From Spirochaetaceae bacterium (GTDB lineage Bacteria > Spirochaetota > Spirochaetia > B11-G9): 64,000 bases of DNA. Location: the NCBI GenBank assembly GCA_015493635.1, contig WGCU01000026.1:7718-71717 (forward strand). The letters run 5' to 3'. Positions 46,611-59,909 of the stretch are shown here, in pieces. The translations under genes and the position numbers were made by a program. The notes beneath the pieces are model-generated. The model was given only the letters and a program-made list of their open reading frames with translations. It searched no databases and was not told the origin of the DNA. Numbering within the stretch: the first letter of the stretch is position 1; the number at the start of each line of letters is the position of its first letter.

Positions 46611-49600
46611 ATGCTTGAAAGAGGCAAACCCACAAAGCGAACATATATAGGCCAGGAATTCCGAGAGGTTATGAATCTTCCTAATCTTATCGATATTCAG
46701 CTGCGGTCGTACGAAAAATTCCTTCAGCGGGAGAGGTTGAAGAGGGGTGAGGAGCTTCAGAAGCAGGGTTTGGAGGAAGTTTTCCAGGCTATTTTCCCGA
46801 TAGAAAGTCCTAATGGCGATATGATTCTAGAGTATATCAGGTATACTCTTGATGAATCCGGAATAAAACTTTCTGAGGTGGAATGTAAGCGGAAGGGTGT
46901 TTCTTATGCTGTCCCTGTAAAAGCGAGAGTAAATCTTGTATTTCAGGAAACGGGAGAAATAAGACAGAAAGATATCTATGTCGGTGACATACCGTTAATG
47001 ACCGATAGAGGTACCTTTATTATAAATGGTGCCGAGCGGGTTGTGGTTAGTCAGATTCACCGTTCACCGGGGGTTATTTTTTCTCATGAAAAAGGAGTGT
47101 ATTCCTCCCGCATTATTCCGTACCGCGGGTCATGGCTTGAATTTGAGATTGATCAGAAAAAAAATCTTATATATGCAAAGATAGATAGAAAAAAGAAAAT
47201 TCTCGGCACCCTTTTTCTACGGGCATTGGGATTTGATTCACGGGAAAAGATCATAAGCCTGTTTTATAAAACCAAAAAGGTAAAGATAGCTGATAATAGA
47301 AGAAGTAAAGAAAAACTTGTTGGTAAATTCCTTGCGAAACCGGTTTTTACCGTTGTTGATGATGAAGAAAAGAAGCTTTACAAGGCCGGTGATAAACTGC
47401 ATCCCCATGTTGTGGATGAACTTATACATTCCGGAGTGAAAGGGATTGAGATTATAGACAGTGATCATGATGAATCGCTGCATTCCCCCATGATAGTAAA
47501 CTGTTTTGAACGGGAAGAGGTAAAATTCCCTTCCATGGATGAAACCTCCGATGAGCCGACAAAAGAAGATGCTCTGACAGCTGTTTATTCCGTTCTTATG
47601 CCGGGGGAACCAATTACCCTGGAAAATGCGGAGAAAGATCTCAATTCGATGTTCTTCTCTTCCCGGCGGTATGAACTCGGACGGGTCGGCCGTTACAAAC
47701 TTAATAAACGTTTTGACTACAAGGAAGAGAATACCTCCCATGTATTAAGCAGGGAAGATGTTGTTAATACCATGAAATATCTTATTCGGGTCTACATCGG
47801 TGAAGCCAATGTTGATGATATTGACCATCTTGGAAACAGGCGTATCCGTTCTGTTGGAGAGCTTCTTGCAAATCAGTTGAAAACTGCTTTTACACGGATG
47901 GAACGGATAGCAAAAGAGCGTATGAGTCTGAAAGAGATGGACACCATAAAACCGCAGGATTTAATTTCCATAAAGCCGGTTATTGCCGCGGTAAAAGAGT
48001 TTTTCGGATCAAGCCAGCTCAGTCAGTTTATGGATCAGGTAAACCCGTTGGCGGAACTGACTCACAAGCGGCGGCTTAATGCACTCGGTCCGGGCGGACT
48101 TTCCAGAGACCGTGCCGGTTTTGAAGTCAGGGATGTTCATTATACTCATTACGGCCGTATGTGTCCGATTGAAACTCCTGAAGGTCCGAACATCGGTCTT
48201 ATTGTTTCTCTTGCAAACTATACCCGTGTTAATGAGTATGGTTTTCTTGAAACTCCTTACCGGAAGGTTGTGGATGGTAAAGTGCTTGATGAAGTTGAGT
48301 ATCTTTCTGCCATGGATGAGGAGAAATACTTTATAGCCCAGGCGAATGCGGCAATAACACCTGAAGGAAATTTTGTCGATGAGCTGGTGTCTGTCCGGAA
48401 AGCGGGGGATTATACAACGAGACCTCCGAAGGATATCCAGTATATGGATGTTTCACCGAAACAGGTTATCTCGGCTGCAACATCGCTTATCCCGTTTCTG
48501 GAACACGATGATGCCAACCGGGCGCTGATGGGGTCAAATATGCAGCGGCAGGCTGTCCCGCTTGTTTTTCCTGAGGCTCCGAGGGTCGGTACCGGTATGG
48601 AAGCGAAGGTTGCCTATGATTCCGGTGTACTTGTTAAAGCGGTACGGTCCGGAACTGTTGAGTATGTCACCTCGGTTAAGGTCATTATTGATCCTGATGA
48701 AAAAGAAAACGAGTATGACCGTGATGTCTATGAGCTGCAGAAATATCAGCGGACAAACCAGGATACTTGCTTTAATAACAAGCCTATTGTTGTTCTTGGA
48801 CAGCATCTGGAGGCGGGAGACGTTGTTGCAGACGGCCCGGCCACGAGTAAGGGAGAACTGTCCCTTGGACGGAATGTCCTTGTGGGATTTATCCCCTGGA
48901 ACGGATATAACTATGAAGATGCTATTCTTATTTCTGAAAAGGTTGTTAAAGAGGATATCTATACATCGGTTCATATAAAAGAATTTTCCATTGATATCCG
49001 GGAAACGAAACTTGGGCCGGAAAAACTGACCCGGGATATTCCGAATATAAACGAACGTGCTCTTGATCAGCTTGATGAAGAGGGTATTATCAGAATCGGT
49101 GCGAAAGTCGGTTCCGGATATATTCTTGTAGGAAAGGTTACTCCCAAGTCGGAAACTGAAACAACTCCTGAATTTAAGCTTCTTAACTCAATTTTCGGTG
49201 AAAAAGCCAAGGAAGTCCGTGATACGTCACTGAAGGTCCCTCATGGTACTGAAGGTACGGTTATTGATGTTCAGCGGCTGAAACGATCCGAGGGGGATGA
49301 TCTTTCTCCCGGTGTTGACGAAGTGGTGAAAGTTCTTGTTGCTACCAAGCGGAAACTCCGTGAGGGTGACAAGATGTCCGGACGTCATGGGAACAAGGGT
49401 GTTGTAGCCAGGATCCTTCCGGAAGAAGATATGCCTTTTATGGAGGATGGAACACCTCTTGATATCTGTTTGAATCCTCTGGGGGTTCCATCCCGGATGA
49501 ATATCGGTCAGCTGCTTGAAACTGAGCTTGGTCTTGCGGCAAGGGCTCTTGATGAATGGTATTCCACTCCGGTATTTCAGTCGGCAACGACCGAGATGAT

Positions 49601-50111
49601 AGAACAGAAACTTAAGGATTCAGGAATTCCTGTTTCCTCGAAGATGACACTCTACGATGGAAGAACCGGCAGACCCTTTGAAAATGAGGTTTTTGTCGGA
49701 TATGTATATATGCTTAAGCTTCATCATCTTGTTGATGACAAGATGCATGCACGTTCTACTGGTCCCTATTCTCTTGTTACCCAGCAGCCACTTGGCGGTA
49801 AAGCTCAGTTCGGCGGTCAGCGTCTTGGTGAAATGGAAGTATGGGCACTGGAAGCGTACGGTGCTGCAAATACGCTGCAGGAACTGTTGACAATTAAATC
49901 TGATGATATGAACGGCCGGGCCAAAATATATGAAAGTATAGTAAAGGGAGAACCGTCTACAAGTGCCGGTGTGCCTGAATCTTTCAATGTTCTTGTGCAG
50001 GAGCTGCGGGGGCTTGCCCTGGATATGTCTATCTATGACTCAAAAGGGGAAAGGGTGCCGCTTACGGAACGGGATGAAGAGTTAATCAACCGTCAGGGCG
50101 CACAGTTCTAA
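46611..50111 (+). CDS. rpoB: RNA polymerase beta subunit
   Basis: [58 protein letters not shown]. Confidence 0.98.
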   Translation: MLERGKPTKRTYIGQEFREVMNLPNLIDIQLRSYEKFLQRERLKRGEELQKQGLEEVFQAIFPIESPNGDMILEYIRYTLDESGIKLSEVECKRKGVSYAVPVKARVNLVFQETGEIRQKDIYVGDIPLMTDRGTFIINGAERVVVSQIHRSPGVIFSHEKGVYSSRIIPYRGSWLEFEIDQKKNLIYAKIDRKKKILGTLFLRALGFDSREKIISLFYKTKKVKIADNRRSKEKLVGKFLAKPVFTVVDDEEKKLYKAGDKLHPHVVDELIHSGVKGIEIIDSDHDESLHSPMIVNCFEREEVKFPSMDETSDEPTKEDALTAVYSVLMPGEPITLENAEKDLNSMFFSSRRYELGRVGRYKLNKRFDYKEENTSHVLSREDVVNTMKYLIRVYIGEANVDDIDHLGNRRIRSVGELLANQLKTAFTRMERIAKERMSLKEMDTIKPQDLISIKPVIAAVKEFFGSSQLSQFMDQVNPLAELTHKRRLNALGPGGLSRDRAGFEVRDVHYTHYGRMCPIETPEGPNIGLIVSLANYTRVNEYGFLETPYRKVVDGKVLDEVEYLSAMDEEKYFIAQANAAITPEGNFVDELVSVRKAGDYTTRPPKDIQYMDVSPKQVISAATSLIPFLEHDDANRALMGSNMQRQAVPLVFPEAPRVGTGMEAKVAYDSGVLVKAVRSGTVEYVTSVKVIIDPDEKENEYDRDVYELQKYQRTNQDTCFNNKPIVVLGQHLEAGDVVADGPATSKGELSLGRNVLVGFIPWNGYNYEDAILISEKVVKEDIYTSVHIKEFSIDIRETKLGPEKLTRDIPNINERALDQLDEEGIIRIGAKVGSGYILVGKVTPKSETETTPEFKLLNSIFGEKAKEVRDTSLKVPHGTEGTVIDVQRLKRSEGDDLSPGVDEVVKVLVATKRKLREGDKMSGRHGNKGVVARILPEEDMPFMEDGTPLDICLNPLGVPSRMNIGQLLETELGLAARALDEWYSTPVFQSATTEMIEQKLKDSGIPVSSKMTLYDGRTGRPFENEVFVGYVYMLKLHHLVDDKMHARSTGPYSLVTQQPLGGKAQFGGQRLGEMEVWALEAYGAANTLQELLTIKSDDMNGRAKIYESIVKGEPSTSAGVPESFNVLVQELRGLALDMSIYDSKGERVPLTERDEELINRQGAQF

Positions 50112-50124
50112 GAGGGAGTAAGTA

Positions 50125-53100
50125 ATGCGGGATATAAAAGAATTTGATAAAATAATGATTAAACTCGCTTCTCCGGAGCAGATCAGGGCATGGTCGTACG
50201 GAGAGGTTAAAAAACCGGAAACAATTAATTACAGAACGCTGCGGCCGGAACGGGACGGGCTGTTCTGTGAGCGAATTTTTGGAACAACGAAAGAATGGGA
50301 ATGCTACTGCGGAAAGTTTAAGTCCATCCGCTATAAAGGGGTAATTTGTGACCGCTGCGGAGTCGAGGTTACCCATTTCAAGGTCCGCCGGGAACGGATG
50401 GGGCATATAGAGCTTGCTGCTCCGGTATCTCATATATGGTACTACCGTTCAGTTCCTTCCCGGATGGGTCTCCTTCTTAACTTGAGCATAGCAGCTCTCA
50501 GATCAATATTGTACTACGAAAAATATGTGGTTACAGAACCGGGAGATACAGATCTTAAAAAGATGGAGCTCCTTTCTGAAGAAGAGTATTTTGAAGCCCG
50601 AGAACGGTACGGTATGGGTTTTAGTGCCGGTATCGGGGCTGAGGCTGTTCGTAACCTGCTTGAAAATCTGGATCTTGACGCTCTTTCAGCTGAACTCAGA
50701 TTAAAAATGATTGAAAAAGGGGCAAAAACTGATAAGCGCCTCTTGAAACGGATTGAGATAGTTGAGAATTTCAGGGATTCTGAGAATAAACCGGAATGGA
50801 TGATCCTGGATGTGATCCCTGTTATCCCTCCTGAGCTCCGCCCCATGGTGCAGCTTGACGGCGGGCGGTTTGCCACTTCCGATTTAAATGATCTCTACCG
50901 AAGAGTTATCAACAGGAATAACCGTCTTAAGCGGCTCATGACTCTCAATGCACCTGATATAATTATCCGGAATGAGAAGCGGATGCTTCAAGAAGCTGTT
51001 GACGCCCTTTTTGATAACTCCAAGAAGAAGAGGGTTGTCAAGGGTGCTTCAAACAGACCTTTGAAATCACTTTCAGATATGCTTAAAGGAAAACAGGGAC
51101 GTTTCAGACAGAATCTACTGGGGAAAAGGGTCGATTATTCAGGACGTTCTGTTATTGTTGTCGGTCCTGAGCTAAGGCTCCACCAATGCGGTCTTCCTGC
51201 CAAGATGGCTCTGGAACTGTACAAGCCTTTTATAATGCGAAAGCTGGTCGAGAATGATGTTGTCTACAATATTAAAAAAGCAAAGACCCTTGTTGAGCAG
51301 GAAACCCAGGAAGTCTGGTCCGTTCTTGACGAGGTTGTTAAGGAGCATCCTGTTATGTTGAACAGGGCACCGACGCTGCACCGTCTTGGTATACAGGCAT
51401 TTGAACCTGTTCTCGTTCAAGGGAAAGCGATAAAACTGCATCCTCTTGTCTGTCACGCGTACAATGCTGACTTTGACGGTGATCAGATGGCTATTCATGT
51501 CCCTTTGACCCAGGCGGCACAGATAGAGTGCTGGACATTGATGCTCTCTGTTAATAATCTTCTTAATCCCGCCAACGGCAGCCCGGTTGTGTTTCCGTCT
51601 CAGGATATGGTTCTCGGAATCAACTATCTGACCAAGATAAAAGAGGGGAGTCCCGGTGAGGGGAAGTATTTCTCTGATTTGGATGAAGTAATTCTTGCGC
51701 GGGATTACGGTTCAGTTGCATACAGTTCAAAGATACGGATTAAAATGAACGGAGAGGTTATCGAGACGACACCGGGACGGCTCCTTTTTAATGAAGTTAT
51801 GCCTGAAGAGGTTGCTTTCATTAATAAACCCCTTGGTGATAAGGAACTCCGTACGCTTGTGGCGGACACGTATTCAAAATTCGGCCCTGCTGTTGCCGTA
51901 AAGATGCTTGATTCCATTAAAGATATCGGGTTTAAATATGCAACCCTCTTTGGTGCTACTATTGGTGTAAATGATATTGTTATTCCAAAAGTAAAAAAGA
52001 AGATGATTGAAGCGGCCAATGAGGAAGTGAAAGAAATCCAGACACAGTACATACAGGGACATATTACGCAGGATGAACGCTACAACCGTGTTGTTGAGGT
52101 ATGGAGTCAGACGAATGAAGACCTTACCAACGAACTTATGGATTTCCTTAAAAAGGCAGATAACGGATTTAACCCTGTATACATGATGGCTGATTCCGGT
52201 GCACGGGGAAGCAGAACCCAGATCAGGCAGCTTGCGGGGATGCGGGGTCTTATGGCCAAACCATCCGGTGACATTATTGAGCTTCCGATACGGTCGAACT
52301 TTAAAGAGGGCCTGTCTATTATCGAGTTCTTTATCTCGACTAACGGTGCCCGGAAGGGACTTGCTGATACGGCTCTTAAAACTGCTGATGCCGGATACCT
52401 TACCCGGCGGCTTGTGGATATCGCGCAGGATATGGTCGTAAATATTGATGACTGCGGCACGATAAACGGTATTGAAATTAGTGCGCTGAAAGATGGAGAG
52501 GATATTGTTGAATCCTTGAGTGACCGTATTGTCGGCCGTTTTACTCTTGAACGGGTTAAGCATCCCATTACTGGAAATATTATAATAGATGTCAACGAAG
52601 AAATTACGGACGATATAGCAAAAGAAATCGAGAATGTAGGGGTAGAGAAGGTAAAGATACGGACAGTACTTACCTGTGAAGCGGAACATGGAGTGTGCCG
52701 GAAGTGCTATGGGAGAAACCTCGCAAATCACAAAACGGTTGATATAGGAGAAGCGGTAGGAATTATTGCGGCTCAGTCTATCGGCCAACCGGGGACACAG
52801 CTGACCATGCGGACGTTCCATATCGGCGGAGCGGCTACAAAGGTCAGTGAAGAGAATAAAACGAAGCTGTCGTATCCTGTTCTGATAAAGGAAATAACCG
52901 GAAATACTGTTACTCTTGATAACGGGGACGTTCTCTTTACGAGAAAAGGGTTTCTCACGGTTGCACGGGTTATCCGCACGGTGCCTGTTGAAAAAGGTTA
53001 TACAATTAAGGTATCAAATGGTCAAAAAGTTACCGGCGGTGAGGTTCTTATGTCCAAAGGGAAGGATGAAGTAAAAACGGAAGAGATAGCTTTTGTGCAT

Positions 53101-54345
53101 CTTTCCGCTGACGCCATTGTTCTCGTTGCCCAGGATCAGCATCTTGATATCCGGAACGGCGCTCAACTCCATGTTGAGTTAGGTGATATTGTTCCTGCTG
53201 ATGAAGCTATTACAACCTTCGACCCTTTTTCAGAACCCATACTGGCAGAAACAGACGGTATTGTCAGATTTGAAGACATTGTTCTCGGAACGACACTGAA
53301 AGAAGAAATAAATGAAGATACAGGTATCATAGAGAAGAAAATAACAGAAATATCCCTCGAAACGCTTCAGCCGCGGATTCTGCTTGTAGATGAAGAGGGA
53401 AAGGAAATTGCAACCTACTTTCTGCCCGGTTCATCATATCTTAATGTTGAAGATGGAGAGAGTGTGAGACGTGGAAAGACTCTTGCCAAACTTCTGAAAG
53501 AATCGGTTAAGACAAGCGATATAACCGGAGGTCTTCCCCGTGTTGGTGAGTTGTTTGAAGCCCGTCGTCCGAAAAACCTGACAGTTTTGTCAAAAATAAG
53601 CGGAACTGTTGCTTTTAAGAATATTGTTAAAGGCAAGCGGGTCATCATGGTTGTAGACGATTACGGGAATGAGTACAAGCATCTTGTCCCCATCGGGAAA
53701 CATCTTCTTGTTCGGGATGGTGACCTTGTTATGGCTGGTGAGCCGCTGTGTGATGGAAGTACGGATCCTCATGATATTCTTGATATTCTCGGTGAAAATG
53801 CGCTTCAGTCATTTCTTGTTAATGAGGTGCAGGAAGTATATCGGCTTCAGGGTGTTAATATCAATGATAAGCATATTGGAGCTATAGTGCGTCAAATGAT
53901 GCGGAAAGTTGAGATTGTACAGGTTGGAGATACCGGATTTATTTACGGTCAGCAGATAGATAAGTACAAGTTTCACGAGGAAAACAGAAAAGTACTGCGG
54001 GAAGGGGGAGAACCAGCTGTTGCGAAACCGCTCCTTCTCGGTATTACAAGAGCTTCCTTAAATATTGATTCGTTTATATCAGCCGCTTCTTTCCAGGAGA
54101 CGACAAAGGTCTTGACAAATGCCGCTATAGCTGGTAGTACTGACGAACTGCGTGGTTTGAAGGAAAACGTTATTATCGGTCATCTTATTCCGGCGGGTAC
54201 CGGAATGCGGGAGTATCGTAATATAAAGCTGTACGACGAGAATAACGAAGATCTTGATGTAACGATACATAATATTCTGGAAGCACGGAAATTGGAAAAA
54301 ACATCTGAGGATGAATCTCAGGAAAGTGAAGAAGTTCATGAGTAA
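50125..54345 (+). CDS. rpoC: RNA polymerase beta' subunit
   Basis: [10 protein letters not shown] catalytic motif, zinc fingers, TQLTMRTFH. Confidence 0.98.
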   Translation: MRDIKEFDKIMIKLASPEQIRAWSYGEVKKPETINYRTLRPERDGLFCERIFGTTKEWECYCGKFKSIRYKGVICDRCGVEVTHFKVRRERMGHIELAAPVSHIWYYRSVPSRMGLLLNLSIAALRSILYYEKYVVTEPGDTDLKKMELLSEEEYFEARERYGMGFSAGIGAEAVRNLLENLDLDALSAELRLKMIEKGAKTDKRLLKRIEIVENFRDSENKPEWMILDVIPVIPPELRPMVQLDGGRFATSDLNDLYRRVINRNNRLKRLMTLNAPDIIIRNEKRMLQEAVDALFDNSKKKRVVKGASNRPLKSLSDMLKGKQGRFRQNLLGKRVDYSGRSVIVVGPELRLHQCGLPAKMALELYKPFIMRKLVENDVVYNIKKAKTLVEQETQEVWSVLDEVVKEHPVMLNRAPTLHRLGIQAFEPVLVQGKAIKLHPLVCHAYNADFDGDQMAIHVPLTQAAQIECWTLMLSVNNLLNPANGSPVVFPSQDMVLGINYLTKIKEGSPGEGKYFSDLDEVILARDYGSVAYSSKIRIKMNGEVIETTPGRLLFNEVMPEEVAFINKPLGDKELRTLVADTYSKFGPAVAVKMLDSIKDIGFKYATLFGATIGVNDIVIPKVKKKMIEAANEEVKEIQTQYIQGHITQDERYNRVVEVWSQTNEDLTNELMDFLKKADNGFNPVYMMADSGARGSRTQIRQLAGMRGLMAKPSGDIIELPIRSNFKEGLSIIEFFISTNGARKGLADTALKTADAGYLTRRLVDIAQDMVVNIDDCGTINGIEISALKDGEDIVESLSDRIVGRFTLERVKHPITGNIIIDVNEEITDDIAKEIENVGVEKVKIRTVLTCEAEHGVCRKCYGRNLANHKTVDIGEAVGIIAAQSIGQPGTQLTMRTFHIGGAATKVSEENKTKLSYPVLIKEITGNTVTLDNGDVLFTRKGFLTVARVIRTVPVEKGYTIKVSNGQKVTGGEVLMSKGKDEVKTEEIAFVHLSADAIVLVAQDQHLDIRNGAQLHVELGDIVPADEAITTFDPFSEPILAETDGIVRFEDIVLGTTLKEEINEDTGIIEKKITEISLETLQPRILLVDEEGKEIATYFLPGSSYLNVEDGESVRRGKTLAKLLKESVKTSDITGGLPRVGELFEARRPKNLTVLSKISGTVAFKNIVKGKRVIMVVDDYGNEYKHLVPIGKHLLVRDGDLVMAGEPLCDGSTDPHDILDILGENALQSFLVNEVQEVYRLQGVNINDKHIGAIVRQMMRKVEIVQVGDTGFIYGQQIDKYKFHEENRKVLREGGEPAVAKPLLLGITRASLNIDSFISAASFQETTKVLTNAAIAGSTDELRGLKENVIIGHLIPAGTGMREYRNIKLYDENNEDLDVTIHNILEARKLEKTSEDESQESEEVHE

Positions 54346-54403
54346 AAGAGGTTTTATGCTGACTCTGGATGTGCATATTAATATAAGGGAGAGTATCGGA
54401 TAG

Positions 54404-54778
54404 ATGCCAACGATAAATCAGTTAATTAGAAAAGGACGCAAGTCAATAACTAAAAAAACGAAGGCTCCGGCCCTTGATTCGTGTCCTCAGAAACGGGGAG
54501 TTTGTACGAGAGTGATGACAGTTACTCCTAAAAAACCGAATTCAGCTTTACGTAAAGTTGCCCGTGTTCGTCTTACAAACGGGATTGAGGTGACTGCGTA
54601 TATTCCCGGAATAGGGCATAACCTTCAGGAACACTCAGTTGTTCTGCTTCGAGGTGGAAGGATAAAGGATCTTCCGGGTGTCAGGTATCATATTGTCAGG
54701 GGTGCTAAAGATACCCTTGGTGTTGATGACCGGAAAAACGGTAGATCAAAATACGGCGCAAAGAAGCCGAGAGCGTAG
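54404..54778 (+). CDS. rpsL: 30S ribosomal protein S12
   Basis: [25 protein letters not shown]. Confidence 0.98.
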   Translation: MPTINQLIRKGRKSITKKTKAPALDSCPQKRGVCTRVMTVTPKKPNSALRKVARVRLTNGIEVTAYIPGIGHNLQEHSVVLLRGGRIKDLPGVRYHIVRGAKDTLGVDDRKNGRSKYGAKKPRA

Positions 54779-54788
54779 GGGGAGAGTA

Positions 54789-55259
54789 ATGGCACGGAGA
54801 AAAGTTGCACCAGTTAGGGAAGTATTACCCGATCCACGTTTTAACAGTACTGTTGTTTCAAAGTTTATCAGCAGGATGATGGTGGATGGAAAAAGATCTG
54901 TAAGCTCCAGAGCACTGTACGGTGCCATGGATATAATCAAGAGTAAAGGCAATGATAATCCCCTTGAAGTGTTTTTAAAAGCTCTTGAAAATGTAAAACC
55001 GGCGGTTGAGGTAAAATCCAGAAGAGTTGGCGGATCAACCTATCAGGTCCCCGTTGAAATAAGGGAGAAAAGAAGAGACGCACTGTCAATGCGGTGGTTA
55101 ATTCAATCTGCTCGTAGTAGAAATGGGAAATCAATGAGTGAAAAGCTTGCTGCGGAGTTCCTGGATGCGTTTAATTCCACAGGAGCAGCATTTAAAAAGA
55201 AAGAAGACACCCATAGAATGGCAGAGGCTAACAAGGCATTCTCTCACTATAGGTGGTAA
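54789..55259 (+). CDS. rpsG: 30S ribosomal protein S7
   Basis: [22 protein letters not shown]. True start ATG 54789. Confidence 0.97.
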   Translation: MARRKVAPVREVLPDPRFNSTVVSKFISRMMVDGKRSVSSRALYGAMDIIKSKGNDNPLEVFLKALENVKPAVEVKSRRVGGSTYQVPVEIREKRRDALSMRWLIQSARSRNGKSMSEKLAAEFLDAFNSTGAAFKKKEDTHRMAEANKAFSHYRW

Positions 55260-55285
55260 AAAGAGTCGAGGCCGGGGATTTCCCC

Positions 55286-55314
55286 TTGACTAAATGATAG
55301 TATTTACGTACTAT
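55286..55314 (+). promoter_or_regulatory. Sigma70 promoter upstream of the tuf leader
   Basis: TTGACT(55286-91)-17 nt-TACTAT(55309-14). Confidence 0.75.
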
Positions 55315-55320
55315 GCACGC

Positions 55321-55553
55321 ACGGTTCGGCTGACAGGTTCAGCCGGCTGGGTTTGTTGACCAAACCGATCGTCCTTTGTGCTGTTCAAAGCGGGGATGGT
55401 AAGGTGGTTTTGAGTTGCTGTTGAAAAAAGCAGCCATGTCGAACCTGCACAAAGTGCCGGGATTTGACCTCTGGACCTTCTTATCTAGAATCTCTTCGTT
55501 TTTAGAAAAATACCAGAGGATACATGTATGTTAACGGCTGTAAGCCGTTTTTT
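55321..55553 (+). ncRNA. Candidate structured leader/ncRNA upstream of tuf, ending in a terminator-like hairpin
   Basis: Stems 55327-33/55339-45, 55350-55/55361-66, 55374-81/55447-54, 55468-74/55513-19, and AACGGCT/AGCCGTT plus U-tract at 55533-53. Confidence 0.55.
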
Positions 55554-55599
55554 ATAACTTAGCTTGAAAAATAATTGTGAATTTCACAAGGAGGAAGTG

Positions 55600-56790
55600 A
55601 TGGCTAAAGAGAAGTTTGAGAGAACTAAGCCACATATTAATGTAGGAACGATTGGTCATGTAGACCATGGTAAGACAACGCTTACTGCCGCAATAACCAT
55701 GTATTGTGCTAAGCAGAATGGTGATAAGGTTATGTCCTATGAGGATATTGATAATGCCCCGGAAGAAAAAGAAAGAGGTATTACAATTAATACTCGTCAT
55801 GTTGAGTATCAGACAGCTAATCGGCATTATGCACATGTTGACTGTCCCGGACATGCTGACTATATCAAAAACATGATTACCGGTGCAGCCCAGATGGACG
55901 GTGCTATTATAGTTGTTGCCGCGACTGATGGTGCTATGGCACAGACGAAAGAACATATACTGCTGGCACGGCAGGTTGGTGTTCCTGCACTTATTGTTTT
56001 TATTAACAAAATTGATCAGGTTGATGATCCTGATCTTATTGAACTTGTAGAAGAGGAGATGAAAGATCTTCTTAACGAGTATGGTTTTCCTGGAGACGAA
56101 ATTCCGATGATAAAGGGATCTGCGTTTGAAGCTATGGAAAATCCTGATGATGCAGAAAAAACAAAGTGTATTGCAGATCTTCTTGATGCGATGGATTCTT
56201 ATTTCCCTCTTCCCAAGAGAGATGTTGATAAGCCGTTTCTGATGCCTATTGAGGACATTTTTTCAATTCAGGGCCGTGGTACTGTTGTAACAGGTAGAAT
56301 TGAACGCGGAGTTGTTCATGTTGGTGATCCTGTGGAAATCGTCGGAATCAGAGAAACTGCAAAAACTACCTGTACCGGTGTGGAGATGTTTAACAAGCTT
56401 CTTGATGAAGGGCAGGCGGGAGATAATATCGGAGCACTCTTGAGGGGTACTGATAAGAAAGAGGTAGTCCGTGGACAGGTTCTTGCAAAACCAGGTTCAA
56501 TTACACCGCACATGAAGTTTACCGGGACAGTTTATGTACTGAGTAAAGATGAAGGCGGGCGGCATTCTCCCTTCTTTTCAGGTTATAGACCTCAGTTTTA
56601 CTTTAGAACAACAGATATTACTGGTACTGTTACACTTCCTGAAGATAAGCAGATGGTTATGCCTGGAGACAATACTGAAATCAAGGTTGAACTTATCCAC
56701 CCCATAGCAATGGAAAAAGGATTGAGATTCGCTATCCGGGAAGGTGGCAGAACGGTAGCAAGTGGTCAGGTGACTGAGATAGAAGCTTAA
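55600..56790 (+). CDS. tuf: Elongation factor Tu
   Basis: [26 protein letters not shown]; AGGAGG RBS. Confidence 0.98.
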   Translation: MAKEKFERTKPHINVGTIGHVDHGKTTLTAAITMYCAKQNGDKVMSYEDIDNAPEEKERGITINTRHVEYQTANRHYAHVDCPGHADYIKNMITGAAQMDGAIIVVAATDGAMAQTKEHILLARQVGVPALIVFINKIDQVDDPDLIELVEEEMKDLLNEYGFPGDEIPMIKGSAFEAMENPDDAEKTKCIADLLDAMDSYFPLPKRDVDKPFLMPIEDIFSIQGRGTVVTGRIERGVVHVGDPVEIVGIRETAKTTCTGVEMFNKLLDEGQAGDNIGALLRGTDKKEVVRGQVLAKPGSITPHMKFTGTVYVLSKDEGGRHSPFFSGYRPQFYFRTTDITGTVTLPEDKQMVMPGDNTEIKVELIHPIAMEKGLRFAIREGGRTVASGQVTEIEA

Positions 56791-56800
56791 GTTAATAATA

Positions 56801-56838
56801 AATCCCGCATAGTTTTACCTGTGCGGGATTGGATTTTT
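56801..56838 (+). terminator. Stem-loop between tuf and rpsJ (partial terminator or stabiliser)
   Basis: AATCCCGCATAG/CTGTGCGGGATT, then GGATTTTT. Confidence 0.55.
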
Positions 56839-56847
56839 GGAGGAACG

Positions 56848-57156
56848 ATGGCCAAGGATAGAATCCGCGTAAGGCTGAGAGGATTTGATGTTGAGCTTAT
56901 AGATCAGAGCTCACAGGCAATTGTACAGACTGTAGTTAAAGCGGGGGCAAAGGTAGCCGGTCCGGTTCCTTTACCAACGAGAATTAATAAATATACAGTG
57001 CTTAAGTCGCCCTTTGTTAATAAGAAGTCTCGGGAACAGTTTGAGATGAGAACACATAAACGATTGATTGATATTCTTGAACCTACATCAAAAGTAATGG
57101 ATGCGCTGATGAAACTTGAACTTCCAGCCGGTGTAGACGTAGAGATTAAACAGTAA
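56848..57156 (+). CDS. rpsJ: 30S ribosomal protein S10
   Basis: [21 protein letters not shown]. Confidence 0.97.
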   Translation: MAKDRIRVRLRGFDVELIDQSSQAIVQTVVKAGAKVAGPVPLPTRINKYTVLKSPFVNKKSREQFEMRTHKRLIDILEPTSKVMDALMKLELPAGVDVEIKQ

Positions 57157-57184
57157 AGAATATTAAAACTAGTTGAGGTATGAG

Positions 57185-57802
57185 ATGTTGGGGCTGATTG
57201 GCAAAAAAGTCGGGATGACGCAGATATTTGATGAGCGCGGAGTTTTAACTCCGGTTACCGTTATCAAGTTTGAAGAAAATGTTGTTGTTGCTGACAGGAA
57301 TGAAGAAAAGAACGGTTATAATGCTGCGGTAATTGGTTCTGTAGATAGAAAGAAGAAGCATGTAAGTAAACCGTACGGCGGTCAATTTGGAGAGCTTGCT
57401 CCTAAAAAATATCTGAAAGAGATGCGTGATTTTGATGAGAGCGTTTCTGTTGGGGATGTTCTAGGTGTGAGTTTGTTTAAAGACTATGCTTTTGTAGATA
57501 TAGAAGGTACTTCCAAAGGTAAAGGATATCAGGGTGTAATGAAGCGCCACGGTTTTGGAGGCGGAAGAAGTACTCACGGTTCAAAATTCCATCGAGGATT
57601 GGGTGGTACTGGAATGGCAGCTACTCCTTCGAAGGTTCAGAAGGGGAGAAAGATGCCTGGTCGAATGGGTGGTGTAAAAACCTCTGTTCAGAATCTTAGA
57701 ATCGTGAAGATAGATGAAGAAAAGCAAGTTCTTATGGTCAAAGGTGCAATTCCCGGTCCCCGGGAAGGTATGGTGATCGTAAAGAAAGCGAAAAAGAAGT
57801 AG
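57185..57802 (+). CDS. rplC: 50S ribosomal protein L3
   Basis: [22 protein letters not shown]. Confidence 0.97.
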   Translation: MLGLIGKKVGMTQIFDERGVLTPVTVIKFEENVVVADRNEEKNGYNAAVIGSVDRKKKHVSKPYGGQFGELAPKKYLKEMRDFDESVSVGDVLGVSLFKDYAFVDIEGTSKGKGYQGVMKRHGFGGGRSTHGSKFHRGLGGTGMAATPSKVQKGRKMPGRMGGVKTSVQNLRIVKIDEEKQVLMVKGAIPGPREGMVIVKKAKKK

Positions 57803-57812
57803 AGGCAGAAAG

Positions 57813-58454
57813 ATGGATATAAAAATCTTTTCAGTCGATGGCAAAGAAAAGAGCAGTGTAACTCTTGATGAAGGTGTGTTTAGTAGAGAAGTAAGTGAAG
57901 GTACGATTTATTATGCGATAAATAATGAACTTGCTAATCGGCGGACAGGTACGGCTTCTACGAAAACACGTGGTGAAGTGAGAGGGAGTAATGCAAAGCC
58001 ATGGCGGCAGAAAGGCACTGGTAATGCTCGTTCGGGAGATAAGAAGTCTCCTGTCTGGGTCGGCGGAGGTACAATTTTTGGGCCAAAGCCGAGGGATTAC
58101 AGTTATAAGATGCCCCGGAAAATGAAACGGCTGGCTATGAAATCTATACTGTCCCTTAAGGTGAAAGATGATTCGGTAAAGGTGGTAGAAGATTTTACCG
58201 TAGATAGCGGGAAAACGCGGGATCTTGTTAAAATCCTGGAAAACCTTTCGGGAAAAGAGAAAACAGTACTTGTATTGAAAGATGATGACAAGATGCTGAG
58301 AAGAGCCGGAAAGAATATTCCCTGGCTGCGCATGTTGACGTATGATAAATTAAGTGCTCACGCGTTGTTTTATGGAAAGAAAATTGTTCTGCTTGAATCA
58401 GCAGTGAAAAAGCTGAATGATTTTTATAGCGATAAACAGGGAGAAAGTAAATGA
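57813..58454 (+). CDS. rplD: 50S ribosomal protein L4
   Basis: [23 protein letters not shown]. Confidence 0.97.
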   Translation: MDIKIFSVDGKEKSSVTLDEGVFSREVSEGTIYYAINNELANRRTGTASTKTRGEVRGSNAKPWRQKGTGNARSGDKKSPVWVGGGTIFGPKPRDYSYKMPRKMKRLAMKSILSLKVKDDSVKVVEDFTVDSGKTRDLVKILENLSGKEKTVLVLKDDDKMLRRAGKNIPWLRMLTYDKLSAHALFYGKKIVLLESAVKKLNDFYSDKQGESK

Positions 58455-58753
58455 GAGCTGATAGAGTTATAATTGAACCTGTTTTAACTGAGAAAACAAA
58501 CGGTATGCGGGGTGGTGACTACAATAAGTATACGTTTAAAGTAGATCCGCGTTCTAATAAGATGCAGATCATGCAGGCTGTCAAAGAGCTTTTTAAGGTA
58601 AAGCCGTTAAAATGTAATATTGTAACAGTCAAAGCAAAACCCCGTTCGTCACGAACAAAATCAGGAATGAGAGCGGGAAATACTGCTCCCTGGAAAAAAG
58701 CGATTGTAACCTTGAGCAAAGGTGAAACAATCGAAGCAATAGAGGGAGTTTAA
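58451..58753 (+). CDS. rplW: 50S ribosomal protein L23
   Basis: PVLTEK, WKKAIVTL. Confidence 0.95.
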   Translation: MRADRVIIEPVLTEKTNGMRGGDYNKYTFKVDPRSNKMQIMQAVKELFKVKPLKCNIVTVKAKPRSSRTKSGMRAGNTAPWKKAIVTLSKGETIEAIEGV

Positions 58754-58785
58754 CCACAGGTGCTGGTTGAGCGAGGAGTAGATAC

Positions 58786-59610
58786 GTGGGAATAAAAACA
58801 TATAAGCCGAGAACTCCGAGTCTTCGTTTTAAAACGAGTCTGGTCTTTGATGAGATTACAACTTCCGAAAGTGAAAAATCTCTTACAAAGGGATTAAGCT
58901 TTAAAGCTGGTAGAGGTGCCGGCGGCAGAGTAAGTGTAAGGCGGCGCGGCGGAAGACACAAGAGAAAGTACAGAGTTATCGATTTTAAAAGAGATAAATA
59001 TGGAATTCCGGGAAAGATCGTTTCAATTGAATATGATCCGAACAGATCCGCGAATATTGCGCTGGTAAACTATAAAGATGGAGAAAAGCGATATATTTTA
59101 GCTCCGAAAGGGGTTGAAGTGGGGCGGATAATTCAAAGTGGAGAGAATGCTCCATTGGAAACAGGGAATGCTCTTCCTCTTGAAAAAATACCTCTTGGAG
59201 TGCGGGTGCATAATATAGAGCTTCAGCTTGGAAGAGGCGGCCAACTTGTGCGGACTGCAGGCGGCGGTGCTTCTGTAATGGCTAAAGAAGGTGATTATGT
59301 TACGCTTAAACTTCCTTCGGGAGAAGCGCGTATGGTTTTTGGGAAATGCTATGCCACCCTTGGTGAGATAGGTAACGAAGATCATATGAATGTTACGATA
59401 GGAAAGGCTGGAAGGTCCCGATGGTTGGGTAAAAGGCCAAAAGTCAGAGGTGTTGTTATGAATCCTCACGATCATCCGCATGGTGGTGGAGAAGGTAAAA
59501 CATCGGGTGGACGTCATCCTGTATCTCCGTGGGGTGTTCCTACAAAGGGATATAAAACAAGGAAGAAAAAGAAATCTTCAAGCAAGTTTATTGTTAAGAA
59601 ACGGAAGTAG
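58786..59610 (+). CDS. rplB: 50S ribosomal protein L2
   Basis: [17 protein letters not shown]; GTG start. Confidence 0.97.
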   Translation: MGIKTYKPRTPSLRFKTSLVFDEITTSESEKSLTKGLSFKAGRGAGGRVSVRRRGGRHKRKYRVIDFKRDKYGIPGKIVSIEYDPNRSANIALVNYKDGEKRYILAPKGVEVGRIIQSGENAPLETGNALPLEKIPLGVRVHNIELQLGRGGQLVRTAGGGASVMAKEGDYVTLKLPSGEARMVFGKCYATLGEIGNEDHMNVTIGKAGRSRWLGKRPKVRGVVMNPHDHPHGGGEGKTSGGRHPVSPWGVPTKGYKTRKKKKSSSKFIVKKRK

Positions 59611-59619
59611 GAGTAGCAA

Positions 59620-59901
59620 GTGTCAAGGTCGATTAAAAAGGGTCCTTTTATCGAGAAAAAGCTCTACAAAAGAATTGTAGAAGCGAGTAAGTCTGGTGAC
59701 AAGAAAATGATTAAGACATACTCGAGAACTTCAACTATTATTCCTGAAATGGTTGGTTTTACTATTTCTGTATATAATGGTAAGACATGGGTGCCTGTGT
59801 ATGTGACTGAGAATTTGGTTGGACATAAGCTGGGTGAATTTTCTCCGACAAGAGTATACAGGGGTCACACTCATTCAGATAAAAAAGCGAGAAAGAGATA
59901 G
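59620..59901 (+). CDS. rpsS: 30S ribosomal protein S19
   Basis: [16 protein letters not shown]; GTG start. Confidence 0.97.
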   Translation: MSRSIKKGPFIEKKLYKRIVEASKSGDKKMIKTYSRTSTIIPEMVGFTISVYNGKTWVPVYVTENLVGHKLGEFSPTRVYRGHTHSDKKARKR

Positions 59902-59909
59902 GTGTAGAG

